Notes: generated by a model not told the origin, from the letters alone. DNA of 63,906 nucleotides, filler included, from Rhabdomonas costata (GCA_019059605.1; 47 parts of 47 records of this genome joined end to end with filler, not necessarily neighbours in it), one strand, 5' to 3'. Positions 50,598-63,583 are shown, counted from the first letter of the whole stretch. Numbers and translations are program-made.

Positions 50598-51465
50598 ATT
50601 TTGCGATTCCGAAGAATGTTACCTCCGCGGACGCCCTCGCGGAAATCGCGGGCACCTCCACCGCAACCAGCTCTGGCACCCGGTGGCGTGTTAGAACCGC
50701 GGAGACGTCCTCGTCGAGCGTGATCACCACCTCTCCTGTCGCCACTGTCGTGGCCGTGGTGGTGGGGTCCCCCCCGCCCCCCGTGACTCGAGGCAACCTC
50801 ACGGTGTTATTCAGTGACTACGGCTCCGCTGTCACCTCCGCGCAATTCTCCATCGTATTCCCTTTCCCACCCTCTCCACTGGATACTGGGTGCAAAGCTA
50901 TATTGGGAGTTTCTAGTTGCCTGTGCTAAACCTCCGAACTGTTGGAGTCAGCCGGTTCATGCTTGAATGCGCAGCACAGCCATATCGAACGAACCGCCAC
51001 AGCGCATTTCTTAAGCAGTGAGGCTGAACAGGAGCTGAATCAGGCAGTGTGAAGTGACAGATGTACAGTAATGACTAAAAAAAGCGATTTCCGGTTCATC
51101 TTCATTGCAACATCTGCATTCGTCTGAGCCAAGATGCCCTTTGTGGTAGACCAGCGACCTTTCCCACGGGACTCCCATCGTACAGGTTCCTGACTCTGAC
51201 CAGTTTTTTTCCAGTTCGCAGTTTTGCTGGACCTTCGAAATGTTCTCTTCGTGTCTCTGTTTTTTCTCACTCCCGCTCAAGTTAGTTGATCTATCAAGTT
51301 TTAAATGCATCACTCCAGTTACTGGCAAACTCGAGTCTTCGCCGTCTGTTGCTTTGCCAGGTGGATGCATCGGCTGCTGCGAACCTGAGCATCGATCTGC
51401 CGTCTAACATGACCTTTGCCACGGGTGTGCTGATTGTGAAGCTGATGAACATAAACGGCACTCAG
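50598..51465 (+). CDS. Ser/Thr-rich extracellular glycoprotein fragment, 2 exons
   Basis: 50598-50854 and 51361-51465, phase 0; several N-x-S/T sequons (NVT, NLT, NLS, NMT, NGT). Confidence 0.55.
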
Positions 51466-53116
51466 GTCCTCTGCTGGGGGTGGGTGGATGGGGACTCTGG
51501 GTGCCATGGGAGATACCGCTCACTGATCCACCTCTGGACGGTGAGTAGGTCCTTGTATGATTGCGAGAGAACTGAGCTTTTGCCATGCGACGATTTTTCC
51601 GCAATCATACAAGGACCTACTCACCGTCCAGAGGTGGATCAGTGAGCGGTATCTANNNNNNNNNNNNNNNNNNNNNNNNNNNNNNNNNNNNNNNNNNNNT
51701 TAATTAATTAANNNNNNNNNNNNNNNNNNNNNNNNNNNNNNNNNNNNNNNNNNNNATATTTGCTATCCCGGCGACTATGTTCCGCAAGGCACTGCTGAAG
51801 AGCTACCAGACTTTCAACGATATCGTCCTAATGGGAGAGGGACCTCACAATTTCTGGTGGAAGGTCATCGAGCCGCAGTTCGGCTACGGCGTCCTCAAAG
51901 GCGGAGACAATATCCACAGTGCTGCTTGAATCCATTTGCTGTGCGAAAAACAGCAAAATCAAGACAAACCTGCGCCGCTGTGATACAAAGGAACAAACCA
52001 AATGTAAGGCTGCTGTCTCCGTTGTGTTCCTAAAAACCCCAAAAGGGTGACTTGGTTCTCCCACAAGGATGTACGCGGATGTGACAAGCTGATTATCATC
52101 AGATCATATCTGGATTACAGTGTTGTCGGAAACTTTATTGAGAATGAGCACATTATCTCTGGCCAAACACATTTACAGTTCACTGAAGCAGCTCATGCGG
52201 GAATCTCTATGGTCTTTGGTTGTCTCAGCTCGGCATAATTAAGAAACCTGGTGAAACTCAGATTCAAATAATGCGCAGAAATTTAAACCAAATGGAAACA
52301 AAAAACGCTGGAAATTGGCCAGAGTAGCCGACCGCTCAGCTTATATTTCCGGAAAATACAGAAATATTATGACAGAATCTGAATCTGCGCCTCTATCATA
52401 CTAACCAATTGACAGTCACATCACATGCAGCAAACGATTTTTCTGCATAAATATTGTCAACAAAATCGACAGCTTGATATGCATCTTCCAATTGCAAAAA
52501 AAAAATTAAAAGTGTCTCCGCGCGTGCCAATAAAGTTAGTTTCAATAAAAAGTGGAAGCCTCAGCTGCCACTCCGGTCACCGCGGCGCTGGTAATACTTA
52601 CAATCATCCAAACACAGCAACAGAGCCTGAGATTCTACGCACAAAGCCAGGCTGCGAAGCAATGTGTAATTTATTATTGACGTCAGCTTTCTCGTCAATC
52701 AGAGCAACAAAAACTTCCTTGCCATGCAGAGGATGAGAGAGCAACGAAGATGGAAGTTGGATAAGCCCGCAGGACCCTGAACACACATCCTGGACATTAA
52801 ATATCTCAGCTGCATCAAAAGGCGGAGACAGGGGTGTAAACATGTATCATGGACTTAAGTTCACGTCTCGGAACAACACTTCCTACTGCTGCTGACGTTC
52901 CTTCATTCATTGCTCATTTCAACGAAGCACTTAAAAGTATGACAAGACATTACTGGAGGAGCTCGTTTAAAATCTGCGACGCAAGATAGCCACAACTTTA
53001 GGCGACACAAAAACCCNNNNNNNNNNNNNNNNNNNNNNNNNNNNNNNNNNNNNNNNNNNNTTAATTAATTAANNNNNNNNNNNNNNNNNNNNNNNNNNNN
53101 NNNNNNNNNNNNNNNN

Positions 53117-54370
53117 GTGGGGGTGTGCAGCGTGGAGGCCGGGAGTGCGGTGCGGTTCAGCTACTACCAGGCCTATCGCACTTTTGTACAGCACCTCGCG
53201 GGTGACCCGGAGATCACAGAGGAGCTCCCGCCTCTGTCCAAGCGAAAGGTCTGCCCCCAAACAACCGAAAAAACACCCAGCCAAACTGAACGCGTTCATG
53301 GGCACCCGCCGAGGAGGACAGCCGTTCGCGTCTTCGGGATCGATGAAAAGGCAAGGCCCAAGTTTTTTTTGGATAAATTGTTTGGAGGTTTAGTGTGTGG
53401 TATTTATGCGCCAGCCAAAAATGTGGTTTTTAAAGGGTTTGTGGGGTGATGAGGAATGTTTAAGTTGGAGGATCGTCTACTCAACTGCGGGTCTGTGCTT
53501 GGGAGGGGCTCGATAAGCTGCACTAATGTGCCTGCTGACTGCATCGTCCCATCGGCCGAGACATCTTCCGCATGTGGATGCGGTATTTAGGTTGCGTTCC
53601 AAGGGATACGAGTGAGACAACAGTCCACCGCAAGGCCACTAAATGAATTCCCCTCCCCCCCCCTCGTTTTTGAGAAGCGAGGACAAAAGATGGAAAAATG
53701 GAAAAATTTAGGACGCCCTGATGTCGGTAATGGCGCACCACCCGGGGTACGGGCTGGACCGGGGCAGCTTAGTGCGGGCGCTGATGAGGGCGCTTCCCGT
53801 GCACTCCTACGGGAGGTTCCTGCGCAATGTTCGTGCCCAGGTGCGCACGGCGCCTGCTGTCTCCCGTCGTCCCCATATTCCGGTTCCTGAACTGAGGGGG
53901 CGGGGGCGATGCTATTGTTTGTGGATGGGCAGGTCGGGGGTGCTTCCAAACTGTCATTTACAAAGCAGTGAAGGCGGGTTTTTCCCAGTGTTCCTATATG
54001 TTTTGTGGACATTCTCCGCTGCGTTGGGCTAGAAGCGGCGCAAAGGGAGATGGCGGCTGACACTGGTGGACACGACAACCGGCACTCATGAATAGTTATG
54101 GCCTTCGAAACTTGGGTATGCTCCTCACCTCACTCCCAGCTTTTCGGCACAAGAAGGCCACCTGTTCAAAGCGAGGGGAGTGGTGACGTTTTTTTTGGTC
54201 AGCTCGGGCAATGCGAGGGTCAGGTATATGGTTAGGACCTGACTGTTTCTCACCACCATCATTAGGGGGACTCTCACTGGGACGTTCTGAGTGGGCTTCG
54301 GCTGATCTCGCAGTACCGCTTCCACCTGGCCATGGAGAACTCCGTGTACCCAGACGACGTCACAGAGAAG
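53117..54370 (+). CDS. GT10 alpha-1,3/4-fucosyltransferase-like protein, at least 3 exons
   Basis: Exons 53117-53248, 53712-53840 (DRGSLVRALMRALPVHSYGRFLRN) and 54314-54370 (YRFHLAMENSVYPDDVTEK, the GT10 motif YKF.LAFENS...DYVTEK). An extra small exon near 54140-54223 is possible. Confidence 0.85.
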
Positions 54371-55169
54371 GTCGCTCNNNNNNNNNNNNNNNNNNNNNNN
54401 NNNNNNNNNNNNNNNNNNNNNTTAATTAATTAANNNNNNNNNNNNNNNNNNNNNNNNNNNNNNNNNNNNNNNNNNNNTTGTTGGTGGGGGCACCTCCAGT
54501 GCAGACGTAGCCACTGCTGCTGCACGTGGGGTTGCCTGAGAAAAAGCACAGCCCCCCCCCCCCCATGTTCAGTGTTGTGTGTCTTGCAGAATATAAGGGT
54601 TAAATGCATTGCGGGGAGGCGGGAGTGAGGTCGGCAGCTGGGCTGGGACACTTCACAGATGCGTCGCTCTGACGTCGCGATTCATGGCCGCCAAGGCAGC
54701 TACTCTGCGGACCCACCTCTTTGAAACTGACACCTCCCCCCACCATACAAATCATCAGCTCCTTCTTTCAGTGTCGTACTTGCTGGTGTTATCTTATACC
54801 AGCCACACAAACACAGAAAAACAGGTGCCAATTCTTTCCTCTCTCTCTCCTTTAGTCCACCTTTTCCTCGCCCTCTGCAAATTATTGCCCGGGGGATTGA
54901 GGGTTTATGTGCTCCATGCTGTCACAAAACTCACCTCGCTCTCTCCAAAGAGCCACCAGACACCCCTAGACTCAACCACTAACCCTCCGGCAAAACTAGT
55001 TCCAACCAATAACTGGGATGGGGATCGGTTTTGGGGCTCCAACAACAATTGTGTGGCAAGTCATGTATCAGCCGTTGGTGGGAAGATCCTTCCTTTCTTA
55101 TTGATGTCCAAGTGGCTAAACAAGGCACAACCCACAACTCAGAACATATGCAACAAAACACAGACACAC

Positions 55170-55271
55170 CTATGCAGCAGTCGGTCTGGTTGCAGCCCTG
55201 CAACCCGGGGCACCCCGTGGTCCCATCTTTGGCGGTGTAGCCGCTAGGGCAGCTGTAGTTACCGCACGTGA
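55170..55271 (-). CDS. Exon encoding one Cys-rich repeat of a secreted/surface protein
   Basis: CAG|(V)TCGNYSCPSGYTAKDGTTGCPGLQGCNQTDCCI|GTGTGT, symmetric phase 1-1; pattern TC..Y.CP.G...K.....C.....C....CC. Confidence 0.65.
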   Translation of the reverse strand, partial: SRAVTTAALAATPPKMGPRGAPGCRAATRPTAA

Positions 55272-56886
55272 CTGCATAAACAGAGAAGGACATCGGAAAA
55301 AGAAATCCCACGCAGACGCATGTGTCGCCACTCGCTTTGCCTTTTTAGCTGGGCCGCAAAGATATGCAAGCAAACAACCCCCGTAGAGGAGGGGGGTTGA
55401 CTTTTGGGTCATCCAGATGGTCGTTCGTGGTTTGTGGAAGGCAAACAAAAGCAGTAGTGACCAGCAGGAAGGAAGCGATGACAGGTGAACGACAAACAAT
55501 TGTGCGCGCTTCTGAGGCAGAGCTGAAACCATACACCAGCTTCAGATCTGGGGAATATCCCGTGGGGTCGGAGATAAAGCACAAAAGAAATAGAACACAA
55601 AAATCCAAACCCTTTAATTCTTTCCTTGTTTGCCATGTTCCCAACGCACCCAAAGGAAACCCTCAGTACCTCCGGATGGTAACGACTGCTGGAATGTGAA
55701 TGCCGCAGAACAAACAAGGCGCCGGGTTACACACCCACNNNNNNNNNNNNNNNNNNNNNNNNNNNNNNNNNNNNNNNNNNNNTTAATTAATTAANNNNNN
55801 NNNNNNNNNNNNNNNNNNNNNNNNNNNNNNNNNNNNNNGATGAATCCTCACCCTGCACGAAGGAACCGAGCTTTCCCTATCGCTCTCTCCTTCTTTTCGG
55901 GCACGGCAGAGGGATGTGGTCACTCTATGTAGTATTGAACTATTTGTTCTTCCATCTGTTTTTGTGCTGGACAGCGGAAACCAGGCGTATTCTTGTGCGT
56001 TTAAAATGCTCTATTTCTTTCTAGATGTGAAACATTGTAAGCAACTTGACAACAATTGACACAACAGTTTGGGGAGGTTAAAACTGAACATCTTATCTGC
56101 ATCCTGAAAAAAAAACAGACTCCGCCATCTTCAGTCCCGATGGACCTACCGACAAGGTTGCAGATTCCTCTGAGCCCATCTTATCTTTGCAGGCCACGGG
56201 TTGAAGGGCTCTCAGCATAGCACTGGGAAGCGCTGAACAAGAAAAAGAGAGCAAAGCACAAACCTGCGGCGGCGGCGCAGGGCCTCTTTCACGCGGAGCT
56301 CCTCAAGCACGGCGCGCCGCGCGGGGTAGTGGCTCCGGAAATGCACATCATGTGTGTACGCTACCCTGGCGCCCGCGGTGGGGCGGGAGGAGAGTGTGGA
56401 AGCCGCGGTGCGGGTGGAGGCCACAGTGTGAGTGGAGGCCGCTGATGTGGGACGCGAGCCGGGAGCCCGGGGGCAGGGCCCGCCCCGTGAGCCAGCAGCT
56501 GCACCGGCGATGGACCGGGCTGCACACGAGCTGTCACAGGGCGGGGCCACCTCGGCTAACTGTGGTCAACGAGAGCCCACCCTCCTCATCGCAAAACACA
56601 AACAGTCTACTGCCGGGGCATTCCAATATGGAACTTTTTTTCTTCGTAACGTGGGCAACAGAATCACAATGTGCAGTGGTCAAAGTCCAGAGGAAACGAC
56701 AGCAGCACAGAAGCAAAAAGAGAGGAGAAGAGTACAGGAGAACAGAGAGAGCAGCATAACTGTTTGGAGATGCATGCTTGACTGTTACAATTCGCAATTG
56801 TGCATGAACTTTGCGTCGCGACCAATCCTCGGCCCCGGAAAAGCCAAAATGAACAAAGGGCGAGACTCGAAACCCTGTGTGTACAT

Positions 56887-56954
56887 GTGTGTGTGCGTGT
56901 GCGTGTGCGTGTGCGTGTGCGTGTGCGTGTGCGTGTGCGTGTGCGTGTGCGTGT
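56887..56954. repeat. (GTGTGC)n microsatellite
   Basis: About 10 perfect hexamers. Confidence 0.95.
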
Positions 56955-57248
56955 GACCTGGGGAGAACCACCGCGTTGTTGTCCACCTATGGACGGCTTG
57001 AGAGCCGCTGCTGGATCCTCCGAGGGCGGGACCTCAAGCCGTCCATAGGTGGACAACAACGCGGTGGTTCTCCCCAGGTCACACGCACACGCACCACCAC
57101 CNNNNNNNNNNNNNNNNNNNNNNNNNNNNNNNNNNNNNNNNNNNNTTAATTAATTAANNNNNNNNNNNNNNNNNNNNNNNNNNNNNNNNNNNNNNNNNNN
57201 NGTTTTTTTTTGCTTCTCGTTCTTTCCATGTGACGTGTATAACTTGAG

Positions 57249-58104
57249 GGTACGACGAGCTCGACATCCGCGGCTGCGACGCCGAGACTCCTGAGTGCTT
57301 GGTGTGGCACCACCCCCGGGTGAACACCACGATGCACAACACCGACCACGTCTACCGCAAGTGTTGCGTAGAGCACGGCCGGTGCGAGCGAGAGCGGGAG
57401 TCCCCTGGAGCGGGAGTTTTTTTTCCACGCCGCTTCTTCCTTCGTTAAAACCAGCATCTGAGTATTCCCAGATTTTCGTCCAGTTGTTTTGTATCGTGTC
57501 TTTCCGCCGAATTTGCCCCGAATTTCTCCTCACGGCACTTTTGGACAACATCACCCTCAAAAGTTTCTCTCACGATCTCAAGCTCTCTCCCCTCTTCCCA
57601 GGTCCTTTCCTCCTTGTTCCGATTTTTTTCGTCATTTTTTCCTGATTGATGTCATTGATCACTTGCCCAGAATGCTTCTCTCTCTCTCCAAGTTTGTTGC
57701 TCTCATTCTTTGCTTACATCGTTATTCGGCGACCAGTGGGCACCACTGTTGTGCATCCACCAAGTATGATTCTTCCTTTGTACATTTACTCCGAAGACAC
57801 TTCTCTTTCAAATGTTACCAAATGCCTTTGGGAAGGGAAAACCAAGGATTGGATACCAAGTGGAGGTTTACCGCAACATGCATATGCATCCTATCCACGA
57901 TGCCAGGCCGGTGATGGCTTATTCGGGTTGAAAGGTTGAAAGCCACCCTGCAGTGGACTGCGGAGAGGCTTGCCCAGGGCAACGTCAGCGCGTGGCTGGC
58001 AATGGGCTCTCTGCTGGCCCAGGTGCGCCACCGGGGTGCTTATTCCCTGGGACACCGACGTGGACCTGTACGTCGATGGTGCGGACGAGGCAAAGCTGCT
58101 GAAG
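57249..58104 (+). CDS. licD: LicD/fukutin-family phosphotransferase, 2 exons, with an apparent frameshift at 58033-58036
   Basis: Exon 57249-57381 joins exon 57935-58104 in phase 2: KCCVEHGRLKATLQWTAERLAQGNVSAWLAMGSLLAQVRHR / VLIPWDTDVDLYVDGADEAKLLK. Matches WL..G(T/S)LLGAVRH.G.IPWD.D.D. Confidence 0.85.
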
Positions 58105-58157
58105 GTTGCTTCCTCGGGCCCATTTGGGAGGAAAGCCTGAAGGTTCACGGAACGAGG

Positions 58158-58462
58158 ATGGGGAGAGCAACTGAGAATGTTTGAGGAGTAGGGTGCAATT
58201 GAAAAGAGATAGGCTGGGTGCTTGGTTAATTCGATATTAGCAATAGCAACTTAACGGCAACACCTCAGTTCAACAGCAAGGTTCACAGTTTGGCTGGAAG
58301 CCAACGGATGCAACAAGAATGACAGAAAGAGCAGAAACATATAAATGACAAAACAACCAAAGTGAAAAAACAAAATTGCACCAGAGAGCAAAAGGGCTCC
58401 ATCAATAATGGGGAAAGCAACTGAGAATGTTTGAGGAGTAGGGTGCAATTGAAAAGAGATAG
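58158..58462. repeat. 55-nt direct repeat at 250-nt spacing, running into the contig end
   Basis: ATGGGGA(G/A)AGCAACTGAGAATGTTTGAGGAGTAGGGTGCAATTGAAAAGAGATAG at 58158-58212 and 58408-58462. Confidence 0.9.
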
Positions 58463-60066
58463 NNNNNNNNNNNNNNNNNNNNNNNNNNNNNNNNNNNNNN
58501 NNNNNNTTAATTAATTAANNNNNNNNNNNNNNNNNNNNNNNNNNNNNNNNNNNNNNNNNNNNGAATGTCCCGAATCACCTTCTTCTCCGCGTCGCCCGAG
58601 GAGGTTCTCGGTTGCATGGCGAAGGGGTTAGATCAGCAAGACAGGTCCTCGCAAAAGCAATCGCATAATCCTTTGCAGTATTGGCCATCTCCGAGTAAGT
58701 GGGGGGACAATTCAAAGCGAACCAAAGATATACGGAACAAAACTTGTTCACACGAAGGAAAAGAGTGAAGTTGCGCTGAAGCTCCCAATTTGGAATGGCG
58801 AGCAAAAAAGGCATCTTTTGGTGGGAGAAGCAATCGGTACGAAAAGGTTGCCGCTTAGAGCGTATCGAGATTAGCGGAACATACCAAAGACCGAAGCAAA
58901 ACAAAGGAAGCAGCAGACCCCCCAAACATTTCCCACATGTCACCCTTCGGACTTGACACCATAATGCTTTGGTCAAAGGTACCAGGGCGAGTGGTGGGAG
59001 TTCTTCTGGGCCATGCCAAGTGATCAAGCAATCCAATCACTGACCGGTAGTTCTACGCATGGGGGTTCACGCTGCCACCGCAGCCAGAGCTCACGCTGAA
59101 CTTAGAACACAACGTTTAGTTTTCGACCGGAAAGCAATTTCGCGGTCCTCTACTGGACATCCGCTCGCGTGCCACATTACCAGTAGTGTCCAAGGAGCTT
59201 TTCCCCTTCTTTCCTAGGAGCTTTGCACCCAAAAGGATGATTGGTTCAGGGGTTTGCTGAACTCCTTGTGAATTCTGCTCTGAGGGCGGTGATGATCTAA
59301 GACTATCACTCAAATGCGCGTCCTTAGAGTGCTTCACCATCCTCTCGAAAACCTTCAAGGCAGGGCAAGGGGTGACCTCCCAAGAGAGGTGATACTGTCC
59401 AGTTGCATTGTAGCAAGGCATCTCCAAGCACAGTCTCCACCCAAACCCCAACATACAAGCACACCGCACAGAGGGGAGGAGCCTTCTGCCCCCTCCACAG
59501 GCCCTCAGGACCGCTCTAATAGCCGTGGGAAACCCCGGAAGCAAGAAGGCAGAGCAAGACACCGAGGGGAAGGGAGGGAAGCACGAGGTTCGGAAGACGA
59601 AGGGGATCTAGGCAGCAACTGATGGGGTGGGGAACCGAATGACGAGCCGAGCCCAACCGAGTCCAACCGCATGCACGGAAGAGGAAGGGGTCATCACTCC
59701 ATTGAGGGGCGCCTCACCAAGGCAGAAGCAAGGAGTCAACGCAAAGGTATTCATGCGTGCAAATGCGCTTGATCGTTCCTCGCAATCTTGACCGTTCCTC
59801 ATACATCACACCAACAACCAACCNNNNNNNNNNNNNNNNNNNNNNNNNNNNNNNNNNNNNNNNNNNNTTAATTAATTAANNNNNNNNNNNNNNNNNNNNN
59901 NNNNNNNNNNNNNNNNNNNNNNNGTGTTGGGTGTGGTTGGGTTTGGTTTTTTCAATTGTGATGATCCAAATGTTCGACTGGTCTTTTCTTCTTTGTTGCC
60001 GTTGGGGGGGGGGGGGCTGGATTTCTCAGGCTGTACTGGGCTGCCCCCTTGACGTGGGTCCTGCAG

Positions 60067-60966
60067 GCTCTAATGTCCACGCAGTTCTACTGCAAAGGAG
60101 AAAGCTGCCCACTGACCCAGGCGCGGCCCTCTCCACACACGCGCGTCCCTCACACTGAGCGAGCGAGCGCGCACACACACACACACACGCATCTCTGCTC
60201 GCGAGATAGCATTGTGGGTGGCCTACAACGGTGTACGATACCTAACTTCTTCTTGCTAAATTAATGCATCTAGAGGTAGCTGGCGCAGTTTACCTAACGC
60301 AGTTTATCCCTGCGTTATATAACGGGAAAAGTGCATTTGTGCAAAAAAAAATGTTTCGTAAGTGGTGGTGCAAATTGGAACCCCGTGAGCCCCGAACCCA
60401 AGGCCAGTGTCTGGCGCGTCCTGAGGGATTTCGGAAAGTTCTCGGCCGGCTTGCTTTATCACTCAGACCACTGCCACATCCGTTTCTTACCGGTGTTATT
60501 CGCTATCTGGTTGTAATATTTTCCTAGCATATACATGTGATGTACCGCACTGGGCTTCCCAGACTCCCGGGCTTCGGTCTGTATCATCTGCCTGCATCTA
60601 TCGTTGTTTAAACCGCCTGTGTCTTCCTGCCTGTATTTACTGCATCACTCTTCAAGAACATCAAAGCACCTTCCGGGTTGGATGCAAACTCGTCATGTGT
60701 ACGGGCGGTTGGCCCCGATTCCAATTCCGAGGTTCAGATCCCTCTTCTCCCCAATTCGCCGATCATTCCCTTCCTATTGATTCTCCTCTGTTCTGCAGAT
60801 CCCCGGGGCCTCGCATGCCGTCACGGTGTGGGACTATGTCAGCACAAACTTTGCGCTTCACTACGAGCGGCGGTGGATCTGTGTGGGCATCCTAGTGGGC
60901 GCCCACGTCATCGTGCAGGCAGCTACCCTACTGGGGTTACGCTTCGTCTGCCACCTGAAGCGTTGA
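60067..60966 (+). CDS. ABCG: ABC transporter G family (PDR-type), last 2 exons
   Basis: 60067-60120 (ALMSTQFYCKGESCPLTQ) and 60799-60966 (IPGASHAVTVWDYVSTNFALHYERRWICVGILVGAHVIVQAATLLGLRFVCHLKR*). The terminal TM helix and L.LRF..H.KR* end are typical of PDR transporters. Confidence 0.85.
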
Positions 60967-61343
60967 GCAGCATCACCCCAAAAAAATGCTTCCACGGAAA
61001 ATGAAAAGAGAATGTGGGAGACCTTTCAATTAATGGCAGGATGGACCTTTCCAGGCATGCAAACCTGTGCCCCGAGAATTTCCCAATTGGGACTGTTTTA
61101 TATACCTCCACTCCCGTACCCACACCGTCTCACATCCCGCTCACATTGACCCAGATGCTTTGCGAGGGTGCTCACAACCCCCCCNNNNNNNNNNNNNNNN
61201 NNNNNNNNNNNNNNNNNNNNNNNNNNNNTTAATTAATTAANNNNNNNNNNNNNNNNNNNNNNNNNNNNNNNNNNNNNNNNNNNNTTTGGTTTTTTCTGCT
61301 GCAGCAAAAAACCAAAAAGCAAAAAAATATATGTACAGCACAC

Positions 61344-61963
61344 CGAAAAAGACGCCTCTTAATTTCGAGCAGTAAATCCGCTGGGTCTCGGTGGTAGGGT
61401 TGAGCAACATCCAGGTAAGACCCCCGTCAACGCTGGAAAAGCAAGCCGAGCCCCCTCCCCCTGGAAGTAGGAAAAATGTGAACGGAAAAGGCTCGTTTTA
61501 GGTCCCACTCGAACCACCGCTGATGTTGTCTACCGTGTTAAACAATCTGCGCTTCACGACCGGCTGCTCGTCGAACCTCTGCTCCCTGCAGCCCTTATTG
61601 GGGAACCCGAACCCAACCACCCAACCCCACCCAAGAGCATTTCACACACTGCTCTGCAGATTAATTAAATTAGTCCTACCCATACGGCGAAAAAGATAAT
61701 AAATCAATCGTCTTTTGAGGGCTTTGTTGAAACAAAAAAGAGAGAAAAGAAATCCCGCACCTGTAAAAGAACTGCTTCTTGAACAAATCTTCAGTGCCCA
61801 CTTCAGCAAGCAAGTAGTCATTCTCAACACCGCTGACGCGACCCCAGAACTTCACGCTGCCCTTTGTTTCCTTGGCAAGCAAAACAAAGCTCACTTTAAT
61901 TGCGGATTTTTCCGCAGGGCTGAGCGTGTTCCCCGACACAGGAAAGAATGTCGTTTCAGGCAT
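61344..61963 (-). CDS. RSPH9: Radial spoke head protein 9, first 2 coding exons
   Basis: 61963-61761 and 61432-61344 join in phase 2: GNTLSPAEKSAIKVSFVLL...VKFWGRVSGVENDYLLA...KKQFFYSVDGGLTWMLLNP...KLRGVFFG. Matches the RSPH9 motifs FWG.I.G...DY.IA, YS....W.LL and G.F.G. Confidence 0.9.
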
Positions 61964-63006
61964 TACGACGAGAGTCTTGAAAACCTACCTTTAACTTTAT
62001 TGTTGCAAGGTAAATATTAAATGGTGAATAAACAATACATTTTTCTTAAATGCACTTAACTTGTAATCAGTATTAAATTAGTCTCACATGGGAACGAACT
62101 GAAGTAATATTAAGCAGAGAAGCTGGAAGATCCGGTCATTTTTGAAATCGTTTCCATCTGCTGTTCCATTTCTTCAAGGCTTTTTACATTCCAAAACCTG
62201 TCAACCTGCATTTATACCTCCGAATCATACCTGCAGCAAGCCCAACCCTGCAAAGTTGCCCATAACACAAACACAAGTGCACACAAACAAACAACTGAAA
62301 GTGCATATGTGGAATGAGCGGAGTTGACGAAGGTGGTCCAAGTTTGCTGGTGGGCTGCGTTAAAGGGAAAGGTGTGCGTTTGACACCATACCACTGAAAC
62401 TCCTTCAGACCACCGAATCTCAGTCAGAGATTCACAGAAGCTGATCTTTGACCCCCGAAGACAAAGAAGAATTGTGTGACTGTGGTTGACTGTTATGGAA
62501 AGAGAGGGGAACGAGCGAAACTTTCGCTTGAAAAGAAAAAACAACNNNNNNNNNNNNNNNNNNNNNNNNNNNNNNNNNNNNNNNNNNNNTTAATTAATTA
62601 ANNNNNNNNNNNNNNNNNNNNNNNNNNNNNNNNNNNNNNNNNNNNGTGTGGTGTGTTTGGGGGGGGTGTTTAGAATGAAACGGCTGCCAATGGAGGCGAA
62701 CGCGAAGAGGGAGGACGGAGGACGTGCGTGTGGCGGGGGAAGGCAGAAGAAAAGGTAGGCCCCTTGTGGGCTACAGGGGCGTGAAGGAAGAGTGGGGACC
62801 ACACGCACACACGGGGAGCATCCCAAACAGCACAATACAAGGGGGGTAAGACAATGAAGGACAAACGGCAAACAAAAGAATCAGGGCAGAACTGAAAGGA
62901 GGACGACACAGAGGCGCCACATTTCGCTCATCTCTTGGAGCACGTTAATCCCCATATCAAAGTGACCTATGCGCAATACTTCGCCCTACTTGGCGTTTCA
63001 CTTTAC

Positions 63007-63583
63007 CTTCTGCCGGTGCAAATAAGAGTGCAAAAGCTGTCTCCACAGAATGGCTGGCCCATATCCTAAATGCCTGGTCAATGCCTCACCCCTGAAATCC
63101 GCACGGTCAGTAGTTTTAAGCGCAACCGGCGGTGGGGGCTCAGCAACCGCTTCCGCAAGTGATCTCTTGGCACGCGAGAGAAAGAGAGATCCGTTCACAC
63201 AGCGCACATCGATCCCGTCGAGCAGAGGTCAGCACATTTGAGATGCCTCGCCAGAGTGAGATGAGCAGCTCTGTACAGAAGTCCAGGGGGGGGGGGGGCT
63301 GGGAAGACACAAACAATATTACATCAACATCACAGTCGTTCCTTGCCGCGAAGCACCAAAGCTCAACCAGCAGCCTTTTTCTAAGCTTGCATACAAAAAC
63401 ACAAGGGGACCATCAGAAATACAAATAGTCAGCAGAGTCAGACCTGTCAGAGATGGGAAAGTTGGAGTGGATGGGAATGAAGAAACGTAGATACAGGGCA
63501 GTCCTCCCCACCGCACGGCTGGAGTGTGGCAACGTTTCTCCATCAATGGTGGCAGGACCGCGAGCGCCGCTGAGCAGCAGACG
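63007..63583 (-). CDS. Hypothetical protein, 2 putative exons
   Basis: 63583-63512 and 63165-63007, both phase 0 with AG/GT borders (…HSYLHRQK|GTAAAG). Confidence 0.4.

Noticed and set aside
58563-59823. Intron-less contig with a weak Zn-finger-like stretch (PCPALKVFERMVKHSKDAH), possibly a decayed retroelement N-terminus
   Set aside because: Second Cys missing and no other diagnostic motif.
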